A stretch of 64,000 nucleotides of DNA, from sequence record MW021758.1. One strand, written 5' to 3'. The first letter of the stretch is position 1. Each line of letters begins with the position of its first letter. Both the position numbers and the translations under genes were made by a program. Below, one piece after another: positions 46,833 to 56,833 of this stretch. Below the pieces are notes generated by a model that saw only the letters and a list, made by a program, of their open reading frames with translations, was not told where the DNA came from and searched no databases.

Positions 46833-48086
46833 TTGTCCGTGGAAATCAAACAGCTTTTCGACAGCACCTATTCGCACATCTCCTTTGACCCTAGCTTAGC
46901 CAAAAAAATAAATACTTTTGTCCGTGTATTCATGAACAAAGGCGAGCACTCAGCCTTCTTTGGTTCAGGGCTATTGGCAGCGCACAAGGTTCGTTGGACG
47001 ATGACCGAACTGAAAGAATGGTTCGACAATATCGCAGTGACCGATATGGACACGTTAAAGATCAACATCGATAACCTGGACAACATCGATCCTAACCACA
47101 TCGTTACAACTGACGCTTTCAACCTGACCACGATTTACTTCGTTCACCGGGTATTGACTAGCGATAAGTTGAACCCGACTCAAAAGACGAACTGTGCAAT
47201 CGACATTATTCGTGTCCTGCACTTTAAGTTCATCTGCGGTATTTTAACCCAGTACTTCCCGTACGGCACCGATCCCCAGATCGCCCTGCGTACTTACGAG
47301 GCAATGTCCTACAAGTACGACCTTAAGCAATACAAGACCTGGGCTAAGTTAATCGAGGAACGTGCCAAGTCAATCATCGCTACTAACGGGATTCACTACG
47401 AATCCTTTATTCGCTTCAATGACGACGACGATGTGAAATACATCCTGTCAGATATACAGACCCGTATCCGCGTAGTGATCAAGACGCTGACTGCGCTGTA
47501 CTATCAAGTCAAAGAAGCAGGCGACCGTGTAATTGCTACATCGACTATGGTTGAAGTAGATGGCTCGTTAGAAGTACGCGACGTTAAACGTCTGTTCCCG
47601 ATGTACCGTCGTTACCTCAACGAAACTATCACTGATACAAGCTCCTTCGTCAAACCAGAACTTGTTGATCTGATTAGTAAGACAAACCCTAGCCTTCAGC
47701 CTAAACTCTTAACAGAGACGCTTACGTTCATCTCTACGATGTACTCTAAGCCACAAGGCAAGAAGGTGAAAAGTTTTGTTGAGAGAACGTTGGAATATAC
47801 TTTCGACTTTATCCATGCTCGTGGTATTAACCCTCAAAACCTGGCAGAGCTAATCTCTGGGTTGAAAGGTGTTATCAACGCCTCGCGTAACAAAGAGCCG
47901 GATGTCATGTTCCTGCGTACCAACGGCGACGATCTCGTTCGTAAAGCCACAGGTCGTAATCCACCTACCCCAGTAAGTTCAGAACGTACAGGTGTTATTC
48001 TCTACATCGTTCTGCGTACTGTTACGATGAAGTATTATCAAGCTGGCGGTAGTTCTCATTCTCGTACTGGTGTTCGTCCCTCTTAA
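46833..48086 (+). CDS. Conserved phiKZ-like protein, probable virion structural protein
   Basis: 417 aa, AAGGA RBS, TATGTA at 46800-46805. Confidence 0.75.
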   Translation: MSVEIKQLFDSTYSHISFDPSLAKKINTFVRVFMNKGEHSAFFGSGLLAAHKVRWTMTELKEWFDNIAVTDMDTLKINIDNLDNIDPNHIVTTDAFNLTTIYFVHRVLTSDKLNPTQKTNCAIDIIRVLHFKFICGILTQYFPYGTDPQIALRTYEAMSYKYDLKQYKTWAKLIEERAKSIIATNGIHYESFIRFNDDDDVKYILSDIQTRIRVVIKTLTALYYQVKEAGDRVIATSTMVEVDGSLEVRDVKRLFPMYRRYLNETITDTSSFVKPELVDLISKTNPSLQPKLLTETLTFISTMYSKPQGKKVKSFVERTLEYTFDFIHARGINPQNLAELISGLKGVINASRNKEPDVMFLRTNGDDLVRKATGRNPPTPVSSERTGVILYIVLRTVTMKYYQAGGSSHSRTGVRPS

Positions 48087-48132
48087 AAACACAAAAAAAA
48101 GAAAGGGCGCAATGCCCTTTCTTTTATGCCAC

Positions 48133-49125
48133 TTAGACGGTGGTGTGCTGAATAAGACGATGGTAACCACGAAGGAAACTTTCTACCAACAACGGTTCCA
48201 ACAATGGAATTTCGTTGAGAGCAAATCCATTAACGCGATATGTCCATTTAACGTGCTTGCGAATATCACAAGTGTTATCCGGACGAACCCCTTTGACCAA
48301 GTGACCAATCTCGCCGATCGTAGAGTTTAGGATCCAGCGGTCGGCAACGCGATCGTAGTTAACATCCGTAGCGAAGCGTTCGCCTTCGAGTTCGACAGAT
48401 TCGATTGGAGTCTGCGTGATGTCAGCAACCGACCGACGGACGTAGTCATCGATCTGAGTGATTTTAGGTTGATTGCCGTCGATGTGGTAACCGAACGGTT
48501 TACCGTAGAGCGTACCGACGTAGAAGCCTTCGCAGCTATCTTTGTCATTAGGACGCTTAATCAACTTCAGTACCAGATCTTTAGTGGTATCGAAGAACAG
48601 CGCAACGTCGGGCAGATATTGATATTCACCACGACGCTGACAAATGGCTTTGTGAGCCCATTGTAAGTCGAACTGTTCTTTCAGGTAGTCTTTGAATTTA
48701 CCACCCAGATCTTCTTTCCACTGACGACCACTGAACGGCCCACGCCAGTTGTTGAAGTCTTCGTTCATTGCCCCTTCTGCGATACGATTGCCCGCAGATG
48801 TCAGGAAGCGTTGATTGCCGTCGATTTTGAAGCGGATCTTTTCGAAGAACTCAAACTTAACGCCCTTAGGTGCATTTCTTTTCAGGAGACGTTTAATCTC
48901 CTTACGGTTATTCATGTTGCCGGACTGCAAGCCCAGATACCAGATACCCGACTCACCGCGCTCAGTAATAACGACGATCTCTGTTTCTGAATCCAGAGGT
49001 CGATCTTTACGTAGCACCGAGATAATTTCATCGTTATCTTTCATGACGTACATTTCATGAAGCTTGTAAACAGAATAACGATTCTTTTCACGGGTAACAA
49101 ATTTCTCAAAGTTCATAACAGACAT
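48133..49125 (-). CDS. Hypothetical protein
   Basis: 330 aa, GAGGAG RBS, TATATTAC at 49212-49219. Confidence 0.7.
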   Translation of the reverse strand: MSVMNFEKFVTREKNRYSVYKLHEMYVMKDNDEIISVLRKDRPLDSETEIVVITERGESGIWYLGLQSGNMNNRKEIKRLLKRNAPKGVKFEFFEKIRFKIDGNQRFLTSAGNRIAEGAMNEDFNNWRGPFSGRQWKEDLGGKFKDYLKEQFDLQWAHKAICQRRGEYQYLPDVALFFDTTKDLVLKLIKRPNDKDSCEGFYVGTLYGKPFGYHIDGNQPKITQIDDYVRRSVADITQTPIESVELEGERFATDVNYDRVADRWILNSTIGEIGHLVKGVRPDNTCDIRKHVKWTYRVNGFALNEIPLLEPLLVESFLRGYHRLIQHTTV

Positions 49126-49237
49126 AATGTTCTCCTCAGTTGGTCATAGTTATTTCAGGATGGATGTAAAATAGGAGTAGTGACCGAAGCCACTACTCAG
49201 CTATCATTAAAGTAATATAGATCTCAATCCAAGTGGA

Positions 49238-51352
49238 TTAGTAATAGTTGTTGTAAACCTTACGTCTCCGCTCGTCATTGATCTCTTCGATCTTACCTGA
49301 GATGTTTACAGAATCGATACCCATCTCACTTAACATCTCGCTGAGGTGAGTGATTCGTTTCTCGTAGCGAATAGCCAACGCTGGACTATCTGCACTCTTG
49401 AGTTGCTCAAGGGTACTTTCAATCTGACGTTGCAACGCTTCGATGTCCATGTGGCGTTGTTCTTCTTCCTTAGACATCCCAGAGCTTTCCAGAGCACGTG
49501 TCATTACACGACGAGCATCAATGCCGTAGTAGTCGAGGTTACGACCGTATACGAGCAACCAGACGCTCAGTAACCATGCGATGACGGTATCATCGTGTTT
49601 ACCCGAAGCGTGGTCGACACGACCGTTCTTGGACACCAGTCCAGTCAGTTCGGAGATCAGTACTTTATCGTGCACACGACTCGCGCCTTTCTTACCAGCA
49701 ATCTGAAGAATCTCGCTGTAGAGAGTACGGCGAGTTGTGGTACCGGTACAGAAACCAAACTTCGTTTTACGACGAATGTAGAACGAGTCATCGCGATGAT
49801 CCATCGACCCTTTGATTTCCTGGAATGCAACACGGTCACTGTCCGACTCGTTTACGATAGTGTTGTAAATACGAGTGAATGGATCGATACCGTCTTTGTG
49901 CAACATGATACACAAGTAGTCGATAAAGGTTTGACCGGTTGACTTACGTTCAGGGATAAAGACTGACTTAGGATAACGAACTAACATCTGATGGAGGAAC
50001 TCAGCGTACTTAGGAATAAGCGCCTCGTTAATGACCGAAGTACCTAGCACCGACAAATCATACGGGTCAGTGAAGATGAGCGTCAAGGCATCGTTACCGC
50101 CGCCTTCGGAGGTATCGGCGCCCACAATCATCTGAAGGTTAGGTCTACGTTCCTCTAGCTCTTCTTTACTCAAATACCAGTGGATAACGTAGCCGCCAGC
50201 GAATACTTCAGAGTAATCCGAGTAACGCTGACTTGCAACGATCTGAGCCAGAGTACCTTTATCCAATGGGTTATTAGCACCACCGGAAGTCCAGATGTTA
50301 AAGAAGTCACGGTCTGCCTCTGGGCCATCAGCCTGCGCACGTGCCATGTTATCGTAGTGCTCACGGTCACTAACACCAACCTGAGTATGTGACCACGTAC
50401 CGTTGATCAGAACCTGACGGCCTTTACAGGATAACTTAACCATCCCTTCCAGTTTATCCTGATCCCCTGCGTCCAGGAAGTGTTCAGTCCATGGAGCTGC
50501 TTCAGTCCACATTTTGTGGATGAACTCACCGTCACGGTCTGTTTGCTCACCGGCAGTAGTTGTCATGATGGTACCGTATGGCATACCACGGTCACGCGCT
50601 GCTTTGATCGCGGCGTTCATACCTGGCATTGCTGCGGTGTAAGCAATCTTGATGTGGGTAATGAAGGGGGCCTCATCCCAACCTACGGTAGGGGAGGTGT
50701 TACCACGACCAACTTTGTTAGCACCCGCTGGGTCAGAACGCGATACCGCAACAGCCAGTAAGTTTTGACGAACGTTGTAAGTCGCCTTGTCACCTGCGAT
50801 GGTATCGGTCTTATCCGTAATGGTCATGTACGGAGGAAGAAGCTCGCGAATCTGTCTAACCTTAGTTGTGGTTTCAGCACGCAGTTCATCCGACTTAGTT
50901 ACCAGGGAGATACGGGTCTTACGATACTTGATGTAAAGTAACCAGCTGTACAGTACATAAGAGGAAATCGATTTACCAGTCTGACGAGGCTGAATCAGAA
51001 GATATGCTACGTGATTCATGTAAGACCAGATCAAGGACATGTTCGCACGGTTAGCACGGAACATATCGCCACCATCACCTGCAGGGTTAGGTACGAGAAC
51101 GCATTCCCTCAGGTAATACCAGATGTTGTATTCAGCTTCCAGTTTGACTGCTGCTTTCTGCGAGTCAGTCAGGTTAGGGTCGAATGGGTCGACATTAGCC
51201 AACTCCGGGTTGAGCAGTGCCAAAGGCCACCAACAGTTCTCGATCCCCATTTTCTGCAGCACACCGACGAATCGTTTGAACGATTTATTTTTTGTCGTAA
51301 TATGCGGAATTGCGCTGGGGAACTTATCCCAATCTTTTTTGTGCAGTATCAT
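49238..51352 (-). CDS. terL: Terminase large subunit (phiKZ gp25-like)
   Basis: PRQTGKS Walker A, WDEAPF Walker B, GADTSEGGGND and HDDTVIAW RNase H-like nuclease motifs. Confidence 0.92.
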   Translation of the reverse strand: MILHKKDWDKFPSAIPHITTKNKSFKRFVGVLQKMGIENCWWPLALLNPELANVDPFDPNLTDSQKAAVKLEAEYNIWYYLRECVLVPNPAGDGGDMFRANRANMSLIWSYMNHVAYLLIQPRQTGKSISSYVLYSWLLYIKYRKTRISLVTKSDELRAETTTKVRQIRELLPPYMTITDKTDTIAGDKATYNVRQNLLAVAVSRSDPAGANKVGRGNTSPTVGWDEAPFITHIKIAYTAAMPGMNAAIKAARDRGMPYGTIMTTTAGEQTDRDGEFIHKMWTEAAPWTEHFLDAGDQDKLEGMVKLSCKGRQVLINGTWSHTQVGVSDREHYDNMARAQADGPEADRDFFNIWTSGGANNPLDKGTLAQIVASQRYSDYSEVFAGGYVIHWYLSKEELEERRPNLQMIVGADTSEGGGNDALTLIFTDPYDLSVLGTSVINEALIPKYAEFLHQMLVRYPKSVFIPERKSTGQTFIDYLCIMLHKDGIDPFTRIYNTIVNESDSDRVAFQEIKGSMDHRDDSFYIRRKTKFGFCTGTTTRRTLYSEILQIAGKKGASRVHDKVLISELTGLVSKNGRVDHASGKHDDTVIAWLLSVWLLVYGRNLDYYGIDARRVMTRALESSGMSKEEEQRHMDIEALQRQIESTLEQLKSADSPALAIRYEKRITHLSEMLSEMGIDSVNISGKIEEINDERRRKVYNNYY

Positions 51353-51495
51353 CTTATTGCTCCATAAACGGTTGGCTTTAATAGTTAATACCGAGCCAGA
51401 AGACTCAGTTAATAGGCTAGTAGCCTCTATAGGGCCTCACAATAAGACAAAATAGAGAGAGGGAACCCTAAGGTCCCCTCTCGGTCTATAATCGA

Positions 51496-53217
51496 TTATG
51501 GGATGTTCTGGCGGATAATGAAGCCGCTAGTACCCAACTGCAAATCGACATCGTCGACTTCTTTGATCCAGTGAACTGCTGCCAGATCACCAACTTTACC
51601 ACCGGTAGGAACAGTGAACGGTTGGTTCCAATCAGAGATCGGACGACGTACACGCATCCCGTCAACAACCAGTACGAAGTGAGTCGGTGCCGGAGGTGCC
51701 AGTTCGTTGCTGCTATCGTACAGAGGGTGAGTACGGTAGTAAACACGATCCAGCCACTCTTCCAGGGTTTTAGCCTGAGCAGCGATATCGACGCTCCAGT
51801 TCTGAGAACTCACGAACTTCAGACGACATTCCAAACCACCGCCGTAGTCCTCGTCACCATTCTCGAAGTTAACGAACCAGGCGGTACCGTCATCGGTAAC
51901 ACCGTCGCGAACCAGAGAGATGTCGTTACGTTGAGTGTGACGATACGCTTGATAGCTAGGATCAACACGAGACAAGTCCAAGTCGAACTGCATGTGTTGT
52001 TTAATCCCGTAACCTTTCGGATCCCAGGTAGCTGAGCTCGGAGAGATTTCGATCAAGTTAGTCACGTCGTACATCGACAGACGATCCAAGGAGTGCAGCC
52101 AGAAGCGCAGACGGTAGCCGTTGTTATCATCTACCCAGTAAGGATACATGAACAGCTTAACGGCAAATGCGTTACGGACAGCAACTGTTTCGATCGTGTA
52201 ACGAACAGCAACCACGCCATTAGCCGAAGTGTTGGTACCGGAATAACTCTCGGTACTGTCCAGCTGATAGAACAACGTCAGTGGGTTCTCACGACCAACT
52301 TCAGTAGACACGTACTCACGGAAACCAGACAGACGAATCTTAGAGTCATCAATCGGTTTCAGTGGAGACACAGTACCGTCGCTGTAAGTAACCCGGCAAC
52401 CCAGATCGATAGAATCCATCAGAGCCTGAGAAGGAATCAGGAGACGAGTCTTATCGGTAGGTGACAGGTAACTCGATACCAACTCAATAGAGTGGATCTC
52501 GCGCTGTGCAGTGTTGTTCTGACGGATGATACCGGAGTCGATGGCGCGCATCACTACTTTAGAAGTAGGGATACCTTCCGCACTGTAGCAGACAACCATG
52601 ACAGATTCACCCTGTTTGATTGGTCGTTTAGACCAGGCTTCCAGAGGAACCTTGTAGTCGGCATTACCAGCAATGTCGTTTACCTTAACCAGGTCAATCG
52701 TGTCGCCACGATAAACACCGGACTGGTCGTACCATGCAGACAATACCTCTGGGTTAGAAGTAATATCTTCCCCAGCATAGACGCGAACTTTAATCGCACT
52801 CTTAGAGTAGTAGTGAAGCATGGAGTCGAAACTCATCCGTGGCGGGTTAACGGTACTGTCAACGTAGACAAAGTAACCAGCCTGCGGATAACGCGGGCCA
52901 ACACCGAGGAGTTTATCAGGAAGATTGGAACCTTCGGTGGTCGGCGGCGTATAAGAGATCAACGTAGAGAGCAGAGTTGATTGATCAACTTCGGATACCA
53001 GGTAATCGCCCGTTTCTGGGTCAAATACTTTATCGCCTTTATTAGGGACATAACGACCGATATTACCCTGGCCAATATTTTCACGACCCCTATAAATTTC
53101 ACTGATGTGCCGATACTGCCACAGGGCCTTGGGGTTCCAAACCGGGACATCGCCCGGTGTGGTATCCGTAAGTCCTGTAACGTAAGGCAAACCGCCAGTC
53201 GTTTTCAAGACAGTCAT
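51496..53217 (-). CDS. Virion structural protein, baseplate region (phiKZ gp26 position)
   Basis: 573 aa, beta-rich, synteny between terminase and sheath. Confidence 0.7.
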   Translation of the reverse strand: MTVLKTTGGLPYVTGLTDTTPGDVPVWNPKALWQYRHISEIYRGRENIGQGNIGRYVPNKGDKVFDPETGDYLVSEVDQSTLLSTLISYTPPTTEGSNLPDKLLGVGPRYPQAGYFVYVDSTVNPPRMSFDSMLHYYSKSAIKVRVYAGEDITSNPEVLSAWYDQSGVYRGDTIDLVKVNDIAGNADYKVPLEAWSKRPIKQGESVMVVCYSAEGIPTSKVVMRAIDSGIIRQNNTAQREIHSIELVSSYLSPTDKTRLLIPSQALMDSIDLGCRVTYSDGTVSPLKPIDDSKIRLSGFREYVSTEVGRENPLTLFYQLDSTESYSGTNTSANGVVAVRYTIETVAVRNAFAVKLFMYPYWVDDNNGYRLRFWLHSLDRLSMYDVTNLIEISPSSATWDPKGYGIKQHMQFDLDLSRVDPSYQAYRHTQRNDISLVRDGVTDDGTAWFVNFENGDEDYGGGLECRLKFVSSQNWSVDIAAQAKTLEEWLDRVYYRTHPLYDSSNELAPPAPTHFVLVVDGMRVRRPISDWNQPFTVPTGGKVGDLAAVHWIKEVDDVDLQLGTSGFIIRQNIP

Positions 53218-55781
53218 ACAGTTTTGTCCTTGATGATGAAGAAGCTATTTAACTTGAGTTTCCCACGAAGGTACACTTGGTTAACCTGCTCGAAGAACAG
53301 CCAAGTTGCTTTATCGATAGGAAGCATATCGTCAAACGGGTGACAATCAATCCGTAGATAGTTCTCGTTCAAATCGAAACGACAAGGGTCGATGTTCAAG
53401 TAATCGAGATAATCATTGATCACGTTAGAGAGCGTTACACGATCTTTCGGATTGGACGGAGGAGTCAATGTTCCCAAGTTGATTTCATAGTAGAGGCGGG
53501 TGATCAACGGACTGAAGAGACGATAATGTTCCTCAATCGGGTTCGGGCCTTCTACCACTACTTCCGGGTACTTCAGCGTCATGTAATCGCTCAAACGCTT
53601 ATCGCTTTCTTCACCACGCAGCATGAGGATCTCATTCTGTTTAGTGGACAAACCGAACAGCGGAACGTACATGGTCATTTCTGAATACGCCGTACCATTA
53701 GGGACAGTAATAATTCCCGGCTTACCGTAGTTCTCAGCAAATGGCAATTCACTTGCGATCCCGAGCTTGCCATCAACAACACAACGCATGACTTTATCGT
53801 CACGTACATCGAAGCGACCGTTGAGGCTCAAGATTCCTTGGTAAGCGAACCCTGCATCATCTGGCTTGCGACGTTTAACAGTCGGAGTCTCCCAGCCCAT
53901 ACCGCGAATGGTAAACCGCTGCACATCACCCGGTACGTTGTAACGCGGAGTGATAACCGTAACTACCGGCCACTCTACGATATAGTCCAAACCTTCAATA
54001 AGCGAATAACTCCCTTGGAAGATATCGAGAACTTCAGGTTGGATAGGAAGTACGGTACCTAGCTGATTAGAGTGGGTGATGGAGAACCGCATGATGCCAT
54101 CGGACGGATTAACATCCTGGGTGTAACAGAGGAAGTACTCGTTAGAGAGCACCAAACCCATGTTACGCGCTTTTACGTGGATCCAGGTAACCAGTCCATT
54201 AGGACTAACCATGTAGTCTTTACCTTCCTCTGCAGGACGCCATGCTCCGGTAATAACCCCGTTCTTGACTGGACTTACGAAGAAGTAATACTGGTACTTG
54301 TCGCCCATCTGGAAATCATCGTTAGAAGGATTCCAGTTGATATCCTTTCTACCGTGACCCATGAGCATCTCTACCATTCCAGTCCCTTCGAACTTGGTAA
54401 AGAAGCGATCACTGAACCCGTCAAAACTCCACCCTAAGAGTTTACCATCTTTGGTGTACTCGAAGAATGTCCCGCCTTGTTGAATCCCGAATGGCACTTG
54501 CGCCCAGTCACCATTACTATCCGGGTTACTGTCTACTGGGGTGTCAGCAAACAGCTTAGCCAATGCGTTATACCCGTAAGCGTTCACTACGTCTTCTGCA
54601 GTGAAGGTTGCGTACTGGTCACGCATGATAGCGGTGTACATGGACTCTTCCAGATTCTCAACCTTCCATTCCTTGATCGTCGCATCAATGCCCAGCATAG
54701 CGCGAAGAATATCCATATCGTCTAAACGATACAGAGTTTGGATACGGTTGACCTCATTAATGAGAGGACGCTTAAATCCGCTGTCACGCAGATGTAAACG
54801 GATGTAGAAGTTGTCACGGTTAGTCCACCCATCAACGACGTAGTTGTAGATGTAACCCGTTGGGATCGAGTAGTCGGCGTGAGTGACCATGCGCATCGAG
54901 TCTTCTCGGTTACGCTGGTAATAACGACCAATCAACTTGTCGTTGCCATCACCACTCTTGGCATAAAGGTAAACGTCCACATCGTCACGATAGTAGATCA
55001 TTTCCTCATGAGAGTTCTTACTGGGGTGGAGCAAATACTTTTTCGTTTTATCTAAGGTAGAAGTGAAGTCCGGTAACGACGTCAACTTAAAGTCAACGAT
55101 ACGGGAGACAGCACTGTCATAAACCCATTCGACCAAATCGCCTGTAACCATCGCAGAGAGATTTAAATCGTCTACCCATACCCCATTGACGAATACGTTC
55201 ACGATGCCGCGTTTCTTACGCCATGCACGAATTTCGTCACGCCACGTTTTCCCATCATTAGGGTTTTTGTATTCACCACCGCCGTAGGCAACTTTCGTTT
55301 CGATCGTTGCTGAGCGTTTAGAGGAGAAGAAGGCGTTGTTGTAAATGCGGAGGTAGAGATTGTCTTCGTCCAGATTCCAGCGAGACTTATACAGCTTCAC
55401 TGCGACAATCAAGTTGTCATTCTTGGTACGAAGGACGTAACTGCTGAAGGTAGGGATTCTTTCCCCGTTGTTCAGATAGAGGTCAGTAATGAGATTACCC
55501 GTAGCAGACCACGCGCTCATCTGGAACCAAATGTTTCGTTGGTCAGGCAAGTTAGTACGCCAGCTACTGTTGTTACCGATCTGGTAGACGTGGTAGAACT
55601 CATCCTTAGTAGGCAGTGGAATATCTGTCCATTGAACAAGGATAGATTGCAAAGCACCGCCATCTCGGCTGATACGGGTCAGGTCTAAGATGACCTGTCG
55701 GTCTTGGAATGGTGCGCACCAAAGGTTAGTGCGCGCATGATCGAGTAAATAACTAGCTGTAAGACTATTCATGTCGCGCAC
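53214..55781 (-). CDS. Virion structural protein (phiKZ gp27 position)
   Basis: 855 aa, ATGA coupling, synteny. Confidence 0.7.
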   Translation of the reverse strand: MRDMNSLTASYLLDHARTNLWCAPFQDRQVILDLTRISRDGGALQSILVQWTDIPLPTKDEFYHVYQIGNNSSWRTNLPDQRNIWFQMSAWSATGNLITDLYLNNGERIPTFSSYVLRTKNDNLIVAVKLYKSRWNLDEDNLYLRIYNNAFFSSKRSATIETKVAYGGGEYKNPNDGKTWRDEIRAWRKKRGIVNVFVNGVWVDDLNLSAMVTGDLVEWVYDSAVSRIVDFKLTSLPDFTSTLDKTKKYLLHPSKNSHEEMIYYRDDVDVYLYAKSGDGNDKLIGRYYQRNREDSMRMVTHADYSIPTGYIYNYVVDGWTNRDNFYIRLHLRDSGFKRPLINEVNRIQTLYRLDDMDILRAMLGIDATIKEWKVENLEESMYTAIMRDQYATFTAEDVVNAYGYNALAKLFADTPVDSNPDSNGDWAQVPFGIQQGGTFFEYTKDGKLLGWSFDGFSDRFFTKFEGTGMVEMLMGHGRKDINWNPSNDDFQMGDKYQYYFFVSPVKNGVITGAWRPAEEGKDYMVSPNGLVTWIHVKARNMGLVLSNEYFLCYTQDVNPSDGIMRFSITHSNQLGTVLPIQPEVLDIFQGSYSLIEGLDYIVEWPVVTVITPRYNVPGDVQRFTIRGMGWETPTVKRRKPDDAGFAYQGILSLNGRFDVRDDKVMRCVVDGKLGIASELPFAENYGKPGIITVPNGTAYSEMTMYVPLFGLSTKQNEILMLRGEESDKRLSDYMTLKYPEVVVEGPNPIEEHYRLFSPLITRLYYEINLGTLTPPSNPKDRVTLSNVINDYLDYLNIDPCRFDLNENYLRIDCHPFDDMLPIDKATWLFFEQVNQVYLRGKLKLNSFFIIKDKTV

Positions 55782-55788
55782 CTTAGCA

Positions 55789-56724
55789 TCAAACGATTTT
55801 CAATTCACGAATCAGACCATCGATCCGCTGACAGTAAGCCTGTGCACCCAGGGTGCGACCTTCTTTCTCAATCAATTGACTGAGAGCAGCTTTACGAGCC
55901 AGGCGATCGGTAGTCCCGGTATAAACCATGGAAACAAACGCTGGAGGGAACTCCAGAGAGACAGCCAATACTTCTTTAGTATCAGCAGAGCCGAACCAGC
56001 CGGTGCCAGTCATGGCCCAGAGAACACGACGGTCAATACCGCTCAGTGCTACAGTACCGCTGTTCTTGACCAAGGCGATATTGCAGAAGTCGTCCAGGTT
56101 AGCTAAATAAGGAAGCGGCGCTACCCAGTCGATGACTTTCTGTACAGGGAGACGAAGAGCACGTGAGATACGAACGGCCAGCATTTTGTTCGAATCAGCA
56201 GTGAAGTCTTCCTTATTAAAGTGCAGGCACATGTAGTAGTAAGCTGCAAACACCTGAACACGCGGAGAGCTTTCTTCGTTCAGATTGAAACGGCTACGAA
56301 GCAGACCGCCGATCCAACGTGCGAAGATAACTACCGGAACATCCCCGGCGAACAGCAGAGGACGACCACCGAATTTGTCCCAATGCATTTCCAGCAGAGC
56401 ACGGCGAGTGAAGTGACCAACAGTACCTTCGTTAGACAGGATAGGGCGACCATTACCACCGTCACGAAGTTGGCTACGATAAGGACGCAGGTCGATAACG
56501 TAGAACGGCGCTTCATTGGCGGAAGCTGAAACTTTCATCAAGTGGAAGAAAGTCGGGATCATGTCGGTACGAGCAGACTTCTCTACCAGACAGTAAAGGT
56601 CAGGGATACCAGGGATCAGATCTGCAGTCAGGGTTTGTTCTGCTTTTGCTACCAGCAGACGACCTGGTAAAGTGTTCTGGTAGTGGATACTTCCTGCGGT
56701 AGTATCGTAGGTTCGTTTGAACAT
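55789..56724 (-). CDS. Virion structural protein (phiKZ gp28 position)
   Basis: 311 aa, GGAG RBS, divergent from the sheath gene. Confidence 0.7.
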   Translation of the reverse strand: MFKRTYDTTAGSIHYQNTLPGRLLVAKAEQTLTADLIPGIPDLYCLVEKSARTDMIPTFFHLMKVSASANEAPFYVIDLRPYRSQLRDGGNGRPILSNEGTVGHFTRRALLEMHWDKFGGRPLLFAGDVPVVIFARWIGGLLRSRFNLNEESSPRVQVFAAYYYMCLHFNKEDFTADSNKMLAVRISRALRLPVQKVIDWVAPLPYLANLDDFCNIALVKNSGTVALSGIDRRVLWAMTGTGWFGSADTKEVLAVSLEFPPAFVSMVYTGTTDRLARKAALSQLIEKEGRTLGAQAYCQRIDGLIRELKIV

Positions 56725-56784
56725 TTCTACTCTCCAAATGTTTAACTAAGGCTTAAATGCTTATTATGACGCGTAATGTCACAC

Positions 56785-56813
56785 GTGATATGTACATACT
56801 TACGTAAGATCAC
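56785..56813. promoter_or_regulatory. Palindromic divergent control region (TATGTACATA + CTTACGTAAG)
   Basis: Two adjacent perfect 10-bp palindromes flanked by GTGAT/ATCAC between divergent structural operons. Confidence 0.5.
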
Positions 56814-56833
56814 TCTGTATACGGAGCAACACC

